A stretch of 62,951 nt of DNA, filler included, from Octopus bimaculoides (Eukaryota), in the NCBI RefSeq assembly GCF_001194135.2. It is 4 parts of 4 records of this genome, joined end to end, with 100 filler letters (N's around TTAATTAATTAA, not from the genome) between each part and the next. Parts side by side here need not be neighbours in the genome. Positions count along the whole stretch, not along the records: positions 42,810 to 53,806 come from NW_026347090.1; positions 53,907 to 62,951 come from NC_068989.1; 2 more parts are not named here. One strand, given 5' to 3'. Below, piece by piece: positions 50,648 through 62,660 of this stretch. Every line of letters begins with the position of its first letter. Within the stretch, counting starts at the first letter, position 1. The notes under the pieces are model-generated. The model had not been told where the DNA came from, searched no databases, and saw only the letters and a program-made list of their open reading frames with translations. A program made the translations under genes and the position numbers.

Positions 50648-53600
50648 AAGCAGACGTGTTTGTTTTTTGCTCCTGTTGAAGCGTCGCTGAATGCCAGCGT
50701 CGTGAATTTTTGACGTACAACTACAGGTAGGACTTTTGTGTTTTGGGGGATTTAGTGGGGGTTGCTCGTGTTTATTTATATTTATGTCGAACAAGAAATC
50801 TCCACTGAATTCCACGCATTTGTCTTCTTGTGGTTGTGCTTAATGTCTCACTTAGCGATGAGAAGAGTGTTTTGGAGGTGTCACTCCTCCCAAAGGTTTG
50901 GTGTCTTCAGGTCGTGATTTGAGGGCTACAGAGGAATATTGTGAACTTTNNNNNNNNNNNNNNNNNNNNNNNNNNNNNNNNNNNNNNNNNNNNNNNNNNN
51001 NNNNNNNNNNNNNNNNNNNNNNNNNNNNNNNNNNNNNNNNNNNNNNNNNNNNNNNNNNNNNNNNNNNNNNNNNNNNNNNNNNNNNNNNNNNNNNNNNNNN
51101 NNNNNNNNNNNNNNNNNNNNNNNNNNNNNNNNNNNNNNNNNNNNNNNNNNNNNNNNNNNNNNNNNNNNNNNNNNNNNNNNNNNNNNNNNNNNNNNNNNNN
51201 NNNNNNNNNNNNNNNNNNNNNNNNNNNNNNNNNNNNNNNNNNNNNNNNNNNNNNNNNNNNNNNNNNNNNNNNNNNNNNNNNNNNNNNNNNNNNNNNNNNN
51301 NNNNNNNNNNNNNNNNNNNNNNNNNNNNNNNNNNNNNNNNNNNNNNNNNNNNNNNNNNNNNNNNNNNNNNNNNNNNNNNNNNNNNNNNNNNNNNNNNNNN
51401 NNNNNNNNNNNNNNNNNNNNNNNNNNNNNNNNNNNNNNNNNNNNNNNNNNNNNNNNNNNNNNNNNNNNNNNNNNNNNNNNNNNNNNNNNNNNNNNNNNNN
51501 NNNNNNNNNNNNNNNNNNNNNNNNNNNNNNNNNNNNNNNNNNNNNNNNNNNNNNNNNNNNNNNNNNNNNNNNNNNNNNNNNNNNNNNNNNNNNNNNNNNN
51601 NNNNNNNNNNNNNNNNNNNNNNNNNNNNNNNNNNNNNNNNNNNNNNNNNNNNNNNNNNNNNNNNNNNNNNNNNNNNNNNNNNNNNNNNNNNNNNNNNNNN
51701 NNNNNNNNNNNNNNNNNNNNGCGAGCCAGCCCTTAGAAGGGCAAAAAATTCTGTTTCTTCCCACATACTGTGGGAAGAAATTAACTAGAGCTTGGATCTG
51801 TGGGCTGCCACCCGGTATAGAACCTGATTGGATAGAGGATACTATCTGACGGGGTCTGGGTGGCAGTGGAGCCAAGCTCTTAAATGTGAAAATTTTACCT
51901 ACAGCTGATTGGGTTGGGTCAAAAGCGGTTTTGACTCTGTGGACCCAAACAGCCAGAGATCTGGTTCTCCCAGATTTTCTAAGGATGGACAGGCAGAGAT
52001 ATCCAGTCATTGTCAAGGGACGTCCCCTGAAATGTCACCTGTGTCTGGAGCCTGGTCATATTAAGAAGGACTGCTCCCAGGACCAAAGTAAGGTCCTGGA
52101 ACAGTTAATAAATGTTGTTCCCCCCGCTCTCCCAGTGGAGGGAGAGATGGAGAAAGTCGAAGAAAGGGAAGAAAAGAAAGAAGGTGGGCAACAATGGTTG
52201 CTCACCGAAAGTTGTGGGCGAGAAGGAGGATCTTCTGGCTAAGGCAGAAGTACGCCCTACTCCAGTGGCCCCAAAGAAAAAGAAAAAAAAGAACGAGGCA
52301 CGGCCAGTGCTCGATAGTGCACCGCCGGCGTGTCCCGACACTCCGTTGGTGGCACAATTCCCACCAACGGAGGANNNNNNNNNNCCGCCGGCGTGTCCCG
52401 ACACTCCGTTGGTGGCACAATTCCCACCAACGGAGGAAAGCAGGTCGGCGGGAATTGTGCCACCGACAGTAGAAGCTGTGGGCTCACCCTGTGAGGAAAA
52501 GGATCGGCTAATCATATTCCGAAAGGGAGGGGCCCTGCAGAAATTTGTGAATAAAGGAAGCGTCAGAGAGAGGGAGTCCTCACCTGTACTAAGGATCTGG
52601 ACTGGCCTCCGCAGGTGTCTGTGGAGGTCGTGTCGAGTAGGCACATAAGTGTGTTGGTGAATTCCTTCCCCCTCGGCGAATTCAGTATTGAAAAATGGCC
52701 CGACCCAGACCCATCGTTTTGCTTGAGAGAAGCGAAGGCTATATCGGGCGAAAAAACCTAAGAGGACNNNNNNNNNNNNNNNNNNNNNNNNNNNNNNNNN
52801 NNNNNNNNNNNNNNNNNNNNNNNNNNNNNNNNNNNNNNNNNNNNNNNNNNNNNNNNNNNNNNNNNNNNNNNNNNNNNNNNNNNNNNNNNNNNNNNNNNNN
52901 NNNNNNNNNNNNNNNNNNNNNNNNNNNNNNNNNNNNNNNNNNNNNNNNNNNNNNNNNNNNNNNNNNNNNNNNNNNNNNNNNNNNNNNNNNNNNNNNNNNN
53001 NNNNNNNNNNNNNNNNNNNNNNNNNNNNNNNNNNNNNNNNNNNNNNNNNNNNNNNNNNNNNNNNNNNNNNNNNNNNNNNNNNNNNNNNNNNNNNNNNNNN
53101 NNNNNNNNNNNNNNNNNNNNNNNNNNNNNNNNNNNNNNNNNNNNNNNNNNNNNNNNNNNNNNNNNNNNNNNNNNNNNNNNNNNNNNNNNNNNNNNNNNNN
53201 NNNNNNNNNNNNNNNNNNNNNNNNNNNNNNNNNNNNNNNNNNNNNNNNNNNNNNNNNNNNNNNNNNNNNNNNNNNNNNNNNNNNNNNNNNNNNNNNNNNN
53301 NNNNNNNNNNNNNNNNNNNNNNNNNNNNNNNNNNNNNNNNNNNNNNNNNNNNNNNNNNNNNNNNNNNNNNNNNNNNNNNNNNNNNNNNNNNNNNNNNNNN
53401 NNNNNNNNNNNNNNNNNNNNNNNNNNNNNNNNNNNNNNNNNNNNNNNNNNNNNNNNNNNNNNNNNNNNNNNNNNNNNNNNNNNNNNNNNNNNNNNNNNNN
53501 NNNNNNNNNNNNNNNNNNNNNNNNNNNNNNNNNNNNCAACGATCTCGCTTGAAAATCCTACGACGGCCTCACACAAGGGCCAGTCCAGTGGCACTGGCAA

Positions 53601-53806
53601 TGGTCTCGCTCGAAAAATTTCATGTGTCACCCGCACAAGAGCCAGTCCAGGGGCACTGGCAACGATCTCGCTTGAAAATCCTACGACGGCCTCACACAAG
53701 GGCCAGTCCAGTGGCACTGGCAATGGTCTCGCTCGAAAAATTTCATGTGTCACCCGCACATGAACCAGTCCAGGAGCACTGGCAACGGCCACGCCCAAAA
53801 TGATGC
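50648..53806 (+). mobile_element. Tx1/L1-like non-LTR element: disrupted ORF1 (RRM-like region + CCHC knuckle), no ORF2 visible
   Basis: LFLPTYCGKKLTRAWICGLPPGIEPDWIEDTI* continues in the same frame to YPVIVKGRPLKCHLCLEPGHIKKDC (CX2CX4HX4C at about 52030-52075). A frameshifted K/P-rich tail runs to 52648. The 5' end begins AAGCAGACGTGTTT and the 3' region holds a 123-bp tandem repeat. Two gaps of about 770 N lie inside. Confidence 0.65.
53537..53790. repeat. 123-bp tandem repeat built from two related ~61-bp subunits
   Basis: caacgatctcgcttgaaaatcc... starts at 53537 and again at 53660. GCCAGTCCAG(T/G)(G/A)GCACTGGCAA recurs about every 61 bp. Confidence 0.9.
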
Positions 53807-53906
53807 NNNNNNNNNNNNNNNNNNNNNNNNNNNNNNNNNNNNNNNNNNNNTTAATTAATTAANNNNNNNNNNNNNNNNNNNNNNNNNNNNNNNNNNNNNN
53901 NNNNNN
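53807..53906. other. Artificial assembly spacer
   Basis: 44N-TTAATTAATTAA-44N. Confidence 0.9.
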
Positions 53907-55330
53907 TGTATATATATAAATGTGTGTATATGTGCATGTAAGTATCTTGGTGCATATATATATATATGTTTGTGTGTGCGTTTCTTTATTCTTCACTTGT
54001 TTAAAGCTTCATAAATCCGTTCGAATCCCTGTGATTTTCTCAAAACTAGAGTTAACTTTGCGAAAATCACAGGGTTTTCAGGAGATTTAAAAACCTGTTA
54101 AGCTCCTCAACAGCAAATAATTCTATGTTGCTAAACTTCTTGAGGTTCTGGGTTACTTTGTTTAGACTGTGAAAGCCTTGTTTCTTGGAAAACATAAGCT
54201 GACGTGTACATTCTATCCGTATAAGTCCCTCGTAAGCGGATATGAGGCTTGTACTCCACTTTCATTAATTGCTAGAGCTAGCGTAGCTATACGAGCTGGT
54301 ACAAAGCCCTTCCCAACCACCCTTTATGTATTATAGATGTGTGTGTATGTGTGTATCTGGCTTTCCGTCGGTTACGACGAAGCGGCTTGCAGTTGGTCCG
54401 ATCAGCAAGTGGCTGGGCANNNNNNNNNNNNNNNNNNNNNNNNNNNNNNNNNNNNNNNNNNNNNNNNNNNNNNNNNNNNNNNNNNNNNNNNNNNNNNNNN
54501 NNNNNNNNNNNNNNNNNNNTATATATGTATAGCAGAAGATACCTGCATCTGAAAAAAAGTTAGAAGTGCATCTTTTTACAGAATGGAAATAGATTTCAAA
54601 TGTCATAATTTCTTTGGTTGAACTGGCCAGAACAACTAAGGTACTTTGGCTCTAGAGCACGTTAACCATCCAAGAGGACCACAATGAAGCTTGTATCACA
54701 GAATTTGGCAGCAGAGGACTTATGACCTGGATGTCACCCGATCTCCTTAGGGTGCTAAGGGCCGAAGCAGTTCTATAAATGGAGTTTCTTGTCTGAAAGC
54801 CTTCTGCTGTTCAACTTTCCCTAAAGGTTTTTATTATCTAGTAGAATACAATTTACAAGAAATAACCCGAAGCTGGTATTTAATATACGCATCGTTATAA
54901 CCTACATTCCATATATTTAATATAGACTTGCAGAATAATATTATTTAATCTTTTATTGAAAATGTTTTGGGAGATTTGTCCCGAAGAAAAGTAAGTACAA
55001 GTTTTATATAAGTTGTTTTAATCTTTTATTGAAGCTAAAGCATTAAAAAACTTCTGAGTTTGTTCTTTGAAGATTCCTCTAAGTAACATTTATTAAATCT
55101 GTGGTAAGCTTGCGCTGTCAGCAATGACAGAGATTCATAAATACAATGAAATTTATTCATATTTGTAACTTATGCCAAGTAATGTGGGAGAGTCTGTGGA
55201 GATTCATGGCCATAGTTTAGGTTCTTTGGTAAATATCTGAATTATATCAACAAGTGTCTTTAAAAGTTTTTTCCAGAAAATAATATATAAATACACGTAC
55301 ATGCATATACGCATACGTTATATATATACA

Positions 55331-55374
<44 letters not shown>

Positions 55375-55582
55375 CATATATATATGTATATATATGTGTA
55401 TATACACATACATATATATGCGTGAAGGCGCGTGGCTTAGTGCATTCGGCACACGATCGTGAAACAGAGCCAGTGCGTGTGATTATAATTGGCATAAAGA
55501 TCCACCCGAGATGCAGCAAAATCTGTTTCAACACATGAGTTCACATCCAGAATCTTGCAAATTAAATACAGAAAAGAAATAT

Positions 55583-55637
<55 letters not shown>

Positions 55638-56471
55638 TGCACACACGTCTGTCTTTCACGCAATTTTCCAGTCTACCAAATTTACTCATACGGCATTCGT
55701 TGACTCAGAATTTTCTTTNNNNNNNNNNNNNNNNNNNNNNNNNNNNNNNNNNNNNNNNNNNNNNNNNNNNNNNNNNNNNNNNNNNNNNNNNNNNNNNNNN
55801 NNNNNNNNNNNNNNNNNNNNNNNNNNNNNNNNNNNNNNNNNNNNNNNNNNNNNNNNNNNNNNNNNNNNNNNNNNNNNNNNNNNNNNNNNNNNNNNNNNNN
55901 NNNNNNNNNNNNNNNNNNNNNNNNNNNNNNNNNNNNNNNNNNNNNNNNNNNNNNNNNNNNNNNNNNNNNNNNNNNNNNNNNNNNNNNNNNNNNNNNNNNN
56001 NNNNNNNNNNNNNNNNNNNNNNNNNNNNNNNNNNNNNNNNNNNNNNNNNNNNNNNNNNNNNNNNNNNNNNNNNNNNNNNNNNNNNNNNNNNNNNNNNNNN
56101 NNNNNNNNNNNNNNNNNNNNNNNNNNNNNNNNNNNNNNNNNNNNNNNNNNNNNNNNNNNNNNNNNNNNNNNNNNNNNNNNNNNNNNNNNNNNNNNNNNNN
56201 NNNNNNNNNNNNNNNNNNNNNNNNNNNNNNNNNNNNNNNNNNNNNNNNNNNNNNNNNNNNNNNNNNNNNNNNNNNNNNNNNNNNNNNNNNNNNNNNNNNN
56301 NNNNNNNNNNNNNNNNNNNNNNNNNNNNNNNNNNNNNNNNNNNNNNNNNNNNNNNNNNNNNNNNNNTATATATAGATATATATACACATGCATACACATA
56401 TGTATACGTACATACATACACACACATACATACATACATACATACATACACACACACATATATAGACATAC

Positions 56472-56511
<40 letters not shown>

Positions 56512-57149
56512 CAGTATCGTACAAGTCATGATTTCAGAGAATCGTGCTGCTGTCACATTGAGCGCCTCTTAAGGACTTGGATATCAGTCTACACAGTAAC
56601 CAATTACAAAGCAGTGTAACGTAAATTATCCCTATAATTGAGAATCCAGAAAATCCGATAAAATTATTCTTTGAGGAGTATATAGAAGCGTGTGGCTCTA
56701 AGACAAGACGAATATAAGAGTAACGCAGAGGTAAGGGAAATGTCCAATAGGACTGGAAACGAAGGAGGAAACGGGAAAAGAAAAATAACAAGCCATGTTG
56801 AAAGTAGAGAAGGAAGTGGGAGTAATGTGATTGAACGAGTGAGCGGTTAGGCGAAAAAGGAAATGGAAGGGACAGACGAGAATGGTCACGTGGCACGTGG
56901 TAGCAGAAATACATACCTACATACATACATACATACATACACAAACACAAGTGTAACTTCAATTTTCAGGACGCTTCAGTTCTAAAACCTTTCCAGATGA
57001 CTGAGTTTTCCTAATCAGGGGTGGTCACCTTGGTCAACATACGCTAAATTTAATGAATGTTAAATTTACATAAATAATTAAATGAAATACAGGTACAGGT
57101 ACCTGCACATTGATGTAAGTTAGTATGGATTACGAAAGATTAGTATCCA

Positions 57150-57490
57150 GAAAATCGGTGTTCTACACACACCACACACACACACACACAATAATTAACG
57201 ACAGAACAGGAGTCACGATGAAACTTTCGGGGATGTTTGGCCTCATGACTGGCACAAACTGATTAGATTTGGAGATCGATCTGGTATCGGACAAGGCTTC
57301 TAGATTATTTTTCCTGTTTTTTTTACTTAATTTTTGAGAGCGGTCGTGTTCATTTTTAGTATTCTCGTTTGTAAGACAGTCAAGTTTATTTCAGATATTC
57401 TCATTTTAAGAATCAACTCTGACTAATCTCTGAGAGGACGTTGGTGTTGTCTTGGCGGAGGTTTGCGCTCTCTGAGTGCGCTTAGTATTA
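57150..57490 (+). mobile_element. Non-autonomous Helitron-like element, 3' end
   Basis: Ends ..ggcggaggtttGCGCTCtctGAGTGCgcttagt, a short terminal hairpin followed by a CTAGT-like end. A (CA)n run lies near the 5' part. Confidence 0.45.
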
Positions 57491-57502
57491 TTTAGTTCTA
57501 AT

Positions 57503-57700
57503 ATGGCGGCGAGCTGGCAGAATCGTTAGCACGCCGGACGAAATGCTTAGCAGTATTTCGCCCGTCGCTACGTTCTGAGTTCAAATGTCACCGAGGTCAA
57601 CTTTGCCTTTCATCTCTTCAGAGTCGATAAATTAAGTACCAGTGAAACACTGGAGTCGATGTAATCGACTAGTCCGCTCCCCCAAAATTTCAGGCCTTGA
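57503..57700 (+). mobile_element. SINE family A copy (full length)
   Basis: ggcggcgagctggcagaatcgttagcacgccgg..ttctgagttcaaat..gtcgataaattaagtaccag..ccccaaaatttcaggccttg. Confidence 0.9.
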
Positions 57701-59461
57701 TCTGATCGAGCAAACCCATGTTCAAAGATTTCTACCCGTGACTATCCCGTCTTTAGATTCATACTGTTGTTTTTGCTAAAGCTGCAGAGTATATTTTGAG
57801 GGAGATCTTTGCCTCTACTTCTAGCAGGTCGAGTAACTGCATAGAGGTTCCATTACTATAAATGTCGCCATTGTCAGTTATCCAACAATGGCGATAGTGG
57901 AGTGAAATTTAAACATGAATTGTGTAAATGCTGGGCCAAATGAAGGAGTAGTAACGTGAGCAGTCGCCCGAAGCTTCATGCTATGTGTTTGCACATAACT
58001 GTTGTCACGGGAAAAAGAAGCTGTAGTAATGAAATGCTTATAAAAAACATATTTACGGTCGTTCATGACAAGGCAGATTAAATTCCTCGGCAATGTTGTC
58101 AATGGAAAATGATATTGTGAAAAAAAAAGAAAGAATAGGAAAAGCAACGAAAAAAAAAAAGAAAAAGAAAAGCAACAAATACAGAAAGTGCTGTAAAATT
58201 ATTTGCAGATCTTAAGTGGAGAAAAACATGTTTTAGTTAGAAACAAATGTGTTTTTCAACATATTCTTTTGCTAATATTTTTTAAGCTGTGAGGAGAAAA
58301 ATCCGTTACATCCACAAGAGATCAACGTAACCCTTCAGATTTTCTATTATCCACCCATTCCTACTCGATGTTTAGCAACGAAATGTGTGTCAAGATTATT
58401 ACCAATAATGTAGATACGATCTGAGTATTTCTCTCGTTCTTTCAATATGAATTTCTCAGCCTCTCTTTGTCATTCCATCGCTCTCTCTCTCCGAGTTATA
58501 TTCATGAAAAGATTCGAGACGCTAATGCTGTGTGACAACTGTTCTCTTTACTTTGTGTGTTGTAATAAACGTTTTATTGTCGACACATTTACAATTTTTT
58601 TCTCTCTCCTTGTGAAAAGTGACTAAAAAAAAATTATGCTGTAAAGTCGCGAAAATTTTGGACATCAGCAACACTAGGGAGTCTTCTGTTAATCACATTT
58701 GAGTTTTCAGTTAATATATATATATATATATAATGAAAACGTCTATCGTCATGGTTAAGCGGTAGCCAACTCAGACACAACACTTAGGTCTCGTGCTGTG
58801 GTACCCTCCACCAGAGCCCTCTTTGTTCAGTTATTGGAGCTCATCGCTCCATTTCATCTTTTCCCACCCGTGAACCGTGTCCTCGAGAATGTGGGTCTAG
58901 AGGTTCTCGGTCCTGACGATGTGGGCAAAAATATTGTAGGAGTAAGTCTGGTATTTACTCTGTTATCCCTTTTGAGGAACCGCTAAGTTACGTCTGCGCA
59001 AACGAACCAACACCGGTTCTCAACCGGTGGTGGTGGACAAACACAAACGCAAAGACACACATCCATATATATATATATATATATATATANNNNNNNNNNN
59101 NNNNNNNNNNNNNNNNNNNNNNNNNNNNNNNNNNNNNNNNNNNNNNNNNNNNNNNNNNNNNNNNNNNNNNNNNNNNNNNNNNNNNNNNNNNNNNGCTCCA
59201 GCTCACTCAGCTGTAGAAATGAGTTGTGATGTCACTGGTGCCAAGCTGTATTGGCCCCTTTGCCTTTCCCTTGGATAACACTGGTGGCATGGAAAGGGGA
59301 GGCTGGTATGCATGGGCGATTGCTGGTCTCCTACAAACAAATTTGCCTGGACTTGTGCCTCGGAGGTGCAATCCCATGGTCATTCATGACCGAAAGGGGT
59401 CATTATCCTTTATATACACGACGGACTTCAACAAAGTTTTCGTCCAGCAAATCCACTCACT

Positions 59462-59985
59462 AGGCGCAGGAGTGGCAGTGTGGTAAGTAGCTTGCTTACC
59501 AACCCCATGTTCAGTCCCACGGGTTCAGTCCCACGGGTTCAGTCCCGCGGGTTCAGTCCCACTGCGTGGCACCTTGGGCAAGTGGCTTCTACTATAGCCT
59601 CGGACCGACCAAAGCCTTGTGTGTGGATTTGGAAGACAGAAACTGAAAGGAGCCCGTNNNNNNNNNNCTATAGCCTCGGACCGACCAAAGCCTTGTGTGT
59701 GGATTTGGAAGACAGAAACTGAAAGGAGCCCGTCGTATATATGTATATGTATATATATATATATGTGTGTCTGTGAGTGTCTGTGTTTGTCCCCCCCAAC
59801 ATCGCTTGACAACCAATGCTGGTATGTTTGCGTCCCCGTAACGTAGCGGTTCGGCCAAAGACCGATAGAATAAGTACTAGGCTTACAGAGAATAAGTCTT
59901 GGGGTCGATTTGCTCGACTAAAGGCGGTGCTCCAGCATGGCCAGAGTCAAATGACTGAAACAAGTAAAAGAGTAAAAGAGTAAAG
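59462..59985 (+). mobile_element. tRNA-derived SINE family B, full length, with a tandemly amplified B-box segment
   Basis: Head aggcgcaggagtggcagtgtggtaagtagc and (gggttcagtcccac) x4. An internal microsatellite is followed by the 3' half ..cgactaaaggcggtgctccagcatggcc..(gtaaaaga)n. Confidence 0.9.
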
Positions 59986-60721
59986 GCATTGGTCAATCCG
60001 ACGCTGGACTAGAAGACACTTGCCTCAGGTGCTGTGCAATGTGACTGAACCACGTGGTTGCAGAGCGAGCTTTTTACCCACGTGATTGTAATGTAAGGAA
60101 CGAACAAGAAGTTGTGGAGGTGATTATGAGACGAGTCAACTAATACAATTTCGGCCGACGTAAAAGTCAAGAAGTTTAAAGCAATGCAGTTGTCTTTATA
60201 GGCAATAGTAAGGAGCATGTTTCAATCGTNNNNNNNNNNNNNNNNNNNNNNNNNNNNNNNNNNNNNNNNNNNNNNNNNNNNNNNNNNNNNNNNNNNNNNN
60301 NNNNNNNNNNNNNNNNNNNNNNNNNNNNNNNNNNNNNNNNNNNNNNNNNNNNNNNNNNNNNNNNNNNNNNNNNNNNNNNNNNNNNNNNNNNNNNNNNNNN
60401 NNNNNNNNNNNNNNNNNNNNNNNNNNNNNNNNNNNNNNNNNNNNNNNNNNNNNNNNNNNNNNNNNNNNNNNNNNNNNNNNNNNNNNNNNNNNNNNNNNNN
60501 NNNNNNNNNNNNNNNNNNNNNNNNNNNNNNNNNNNNNNNNNNNNNNNNNNNNNNNNNNNNATCAGTACTCGTATACAAGTTGGAGTTTGTCGCTTCAGAA
60601 AAAATGAATAAAATATCTACCTGTCACTCTGTCTGTCTGTCCATCTGTCAGTCTGTCTATCTGTCTATCTGCCTGCTCGTCTGTCTCTCTGTCTGCCCGT
60701 TCGTCCGTCCGTCCGTCCGTC

Positions 60722-60752
<31 letters not shown>

Positions 60753-60993
60753 CTGTCTGTCTGTCCACCTGCCTGCCTTTATGCGTGTGTTTGTGTGAAT
60801 ATATAATTGTAAATGTGTGTATATATATATATAAAGAATATGAGGAGTTTACTTCACGAATAGGTACGCTAAGCGCTGCAGCTGGTCGACCGTTAGGTTC
60901 CAAGATCACAGCTAAGGCTGGATCTAGGGAGATGTATTAGGGTTCCGTTATATATATATGTGCGTGTATATCTGTGTATGTGTGTGTATGTGT

Positions 60994-61028
<35 letters not shown>

Positions 61029-61379
61029 TGTGTGTATAGTGATACATTCACAGCCATATATACACAGGCGTATACGTGCATAAGGCTTTCTACTATTACG
61101 GGTCCACTTTACACCTCTTTACACTAAAAGTCTTAAACTTTAAAATTCATCCACAATGCATCAACGCAAATGCATGACTAAGCATAGAGCTACATACACA
61201 CACACACACACATAGATACTCACATGCACACACACACTCCCTCTCTCTCATGCACGCATGCAAACACATACAAATACACACATACACACACACACACACT
61301 GACATATACGAATACACAGATTTTTCTCACGCGCACTGACTCACAAATACCTGCATGTGGTCGCGTGTGTGAATTTATG

Positions 61380-61414
<35 letters not shown>

Positions 61415-61421
61415 CACACAT

Positions 61422-61456
<35 letters not shown>

Positions 61457-61925
61457 CATATTATATATATATACAATGTTAGGTAATGCAGTATCAATCA
61501 CTCACCTGTATAACTAAAGAAACAAAACAATAAGACAAGTTCCACACAGTGTAAGAATTGCTATGTATGTATGTATGTGTGTATGCATATATGCATACAT
61601 GCATGTATACATGTATGCATGTATATGTATACATACATGTATTGTGTGTGTGTGTGGGGGGGGGGTTATATATACATATGTATGTGCGTGCATGTAAAAT
61701 TGTATGTGTGAGAGCGTGTGTGTGTGTGTGTGGACAGAGAGATAGATAAATAGATATATATATATAGAGAGAGAGAGAAAGAGAAAGATAGGACAGCAAA
61801 TCTGTACTTTAGTTATTTTCGCACGTTGATGTTTCATTTGTGCATATCGATCAAAAGGGAGATGAATCAATAGATAATACATGTCAAACGTACATTAGAT
61901 ATATACACACAGGCATGCACAAATA

Positions 61926-62140
61926 TTTCCTTTTCTACTCTGGGCACAAGACGTGAAATTTCTGGGGAGGGAGGCCAGTCGATTAGATCAACCCCAGCAC
62001 GCAACTGGTACTTAATTTATCGATCTCGAGAGGACGAAGGGCAAAGTCGACCTCGGCGGAATTTGAACTCAGAACGTAAAGACGGACGAAATACCGCTAA
62101 GCATTTTCACCCGGTGTGCTAACGATTCTGCCAACTCGCC
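61926..62140 (-). mobile_element. SINE family A copy (full length)
   Basis: Reverse complement of the family A consensus, including tail and head. Confidence 0.9.
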
Positions 62141-62232
62141 GTCCTACATGCACAAATATATCGACATGAAAATGTACATAGCACAACCCTATAAATTTTC
62201 TAATTTTATATATGTATACATACGTACATACA

Positions 62233-62660
62233 TACATACATACATACATATCAGGTGTGGCCGCGGGGTAAGGAGTTTGCTTCCCAACCACATGGTTCTA
62301 GGTTCAGTCCCATTGCGTGACACCTTGGGCAAGTCTCTTGTACTACAGCTTTGAGCCTACCAAAGACCTGTAAGTGCATTTGGTAGACGGACACTGAAAG
62401 AGTCCTGTTGCATATATGTGTGTGCGTGTGTCTTTGTGTCTGTGTGTCTTGTGTCTGTGTTGGTCCCGCATCACCGCTTGACAACCAGTGTTGGTGTGTT
62501 TACGTCCGCCTAACCTTAGCGGTTCGGCAACAGAGACCGACAGAGTAAGTACCGGGCTTTAAAGAAAACTGAAGTACTGGTGTCGATGCGTTAGAGCAAA
62601 ACTCCTTCGAGGCTGTGCTCCGGCATGGCCGCTGTCTTATGACTTACACAAAGTAAAAGA
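62233..62660 (+). mobile_element. SINE family B copy (diverged, full length)
   Basis: aggtgtggccgcggggtaaggagtttgcttcccaaccacatggttctaggttcagtccc..gacaccttgggcaag..gcttgacaaccagtg..gtgctccggcatggccgc. Confidence 0.85.

Noticed and set aside
52322-52437. 53-bp tandem duplication
   Set aside because: Identical copies on either side of a 10-N gap indicate an unmerged contig overlap. The same pattern is seen at about 59608-59733 and probably for the identical ~110 bp at about 25045-25156 / 25454-25565.
53537-53790. CRISPR-like pattern: 22-bp palindromic repeat with ~40-bp intervals
   Set aside because: The intervals are themselves repeated and related to each other, the context is eukaryotic, and there are no cas genes. 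It is a higher-order minisatellite.
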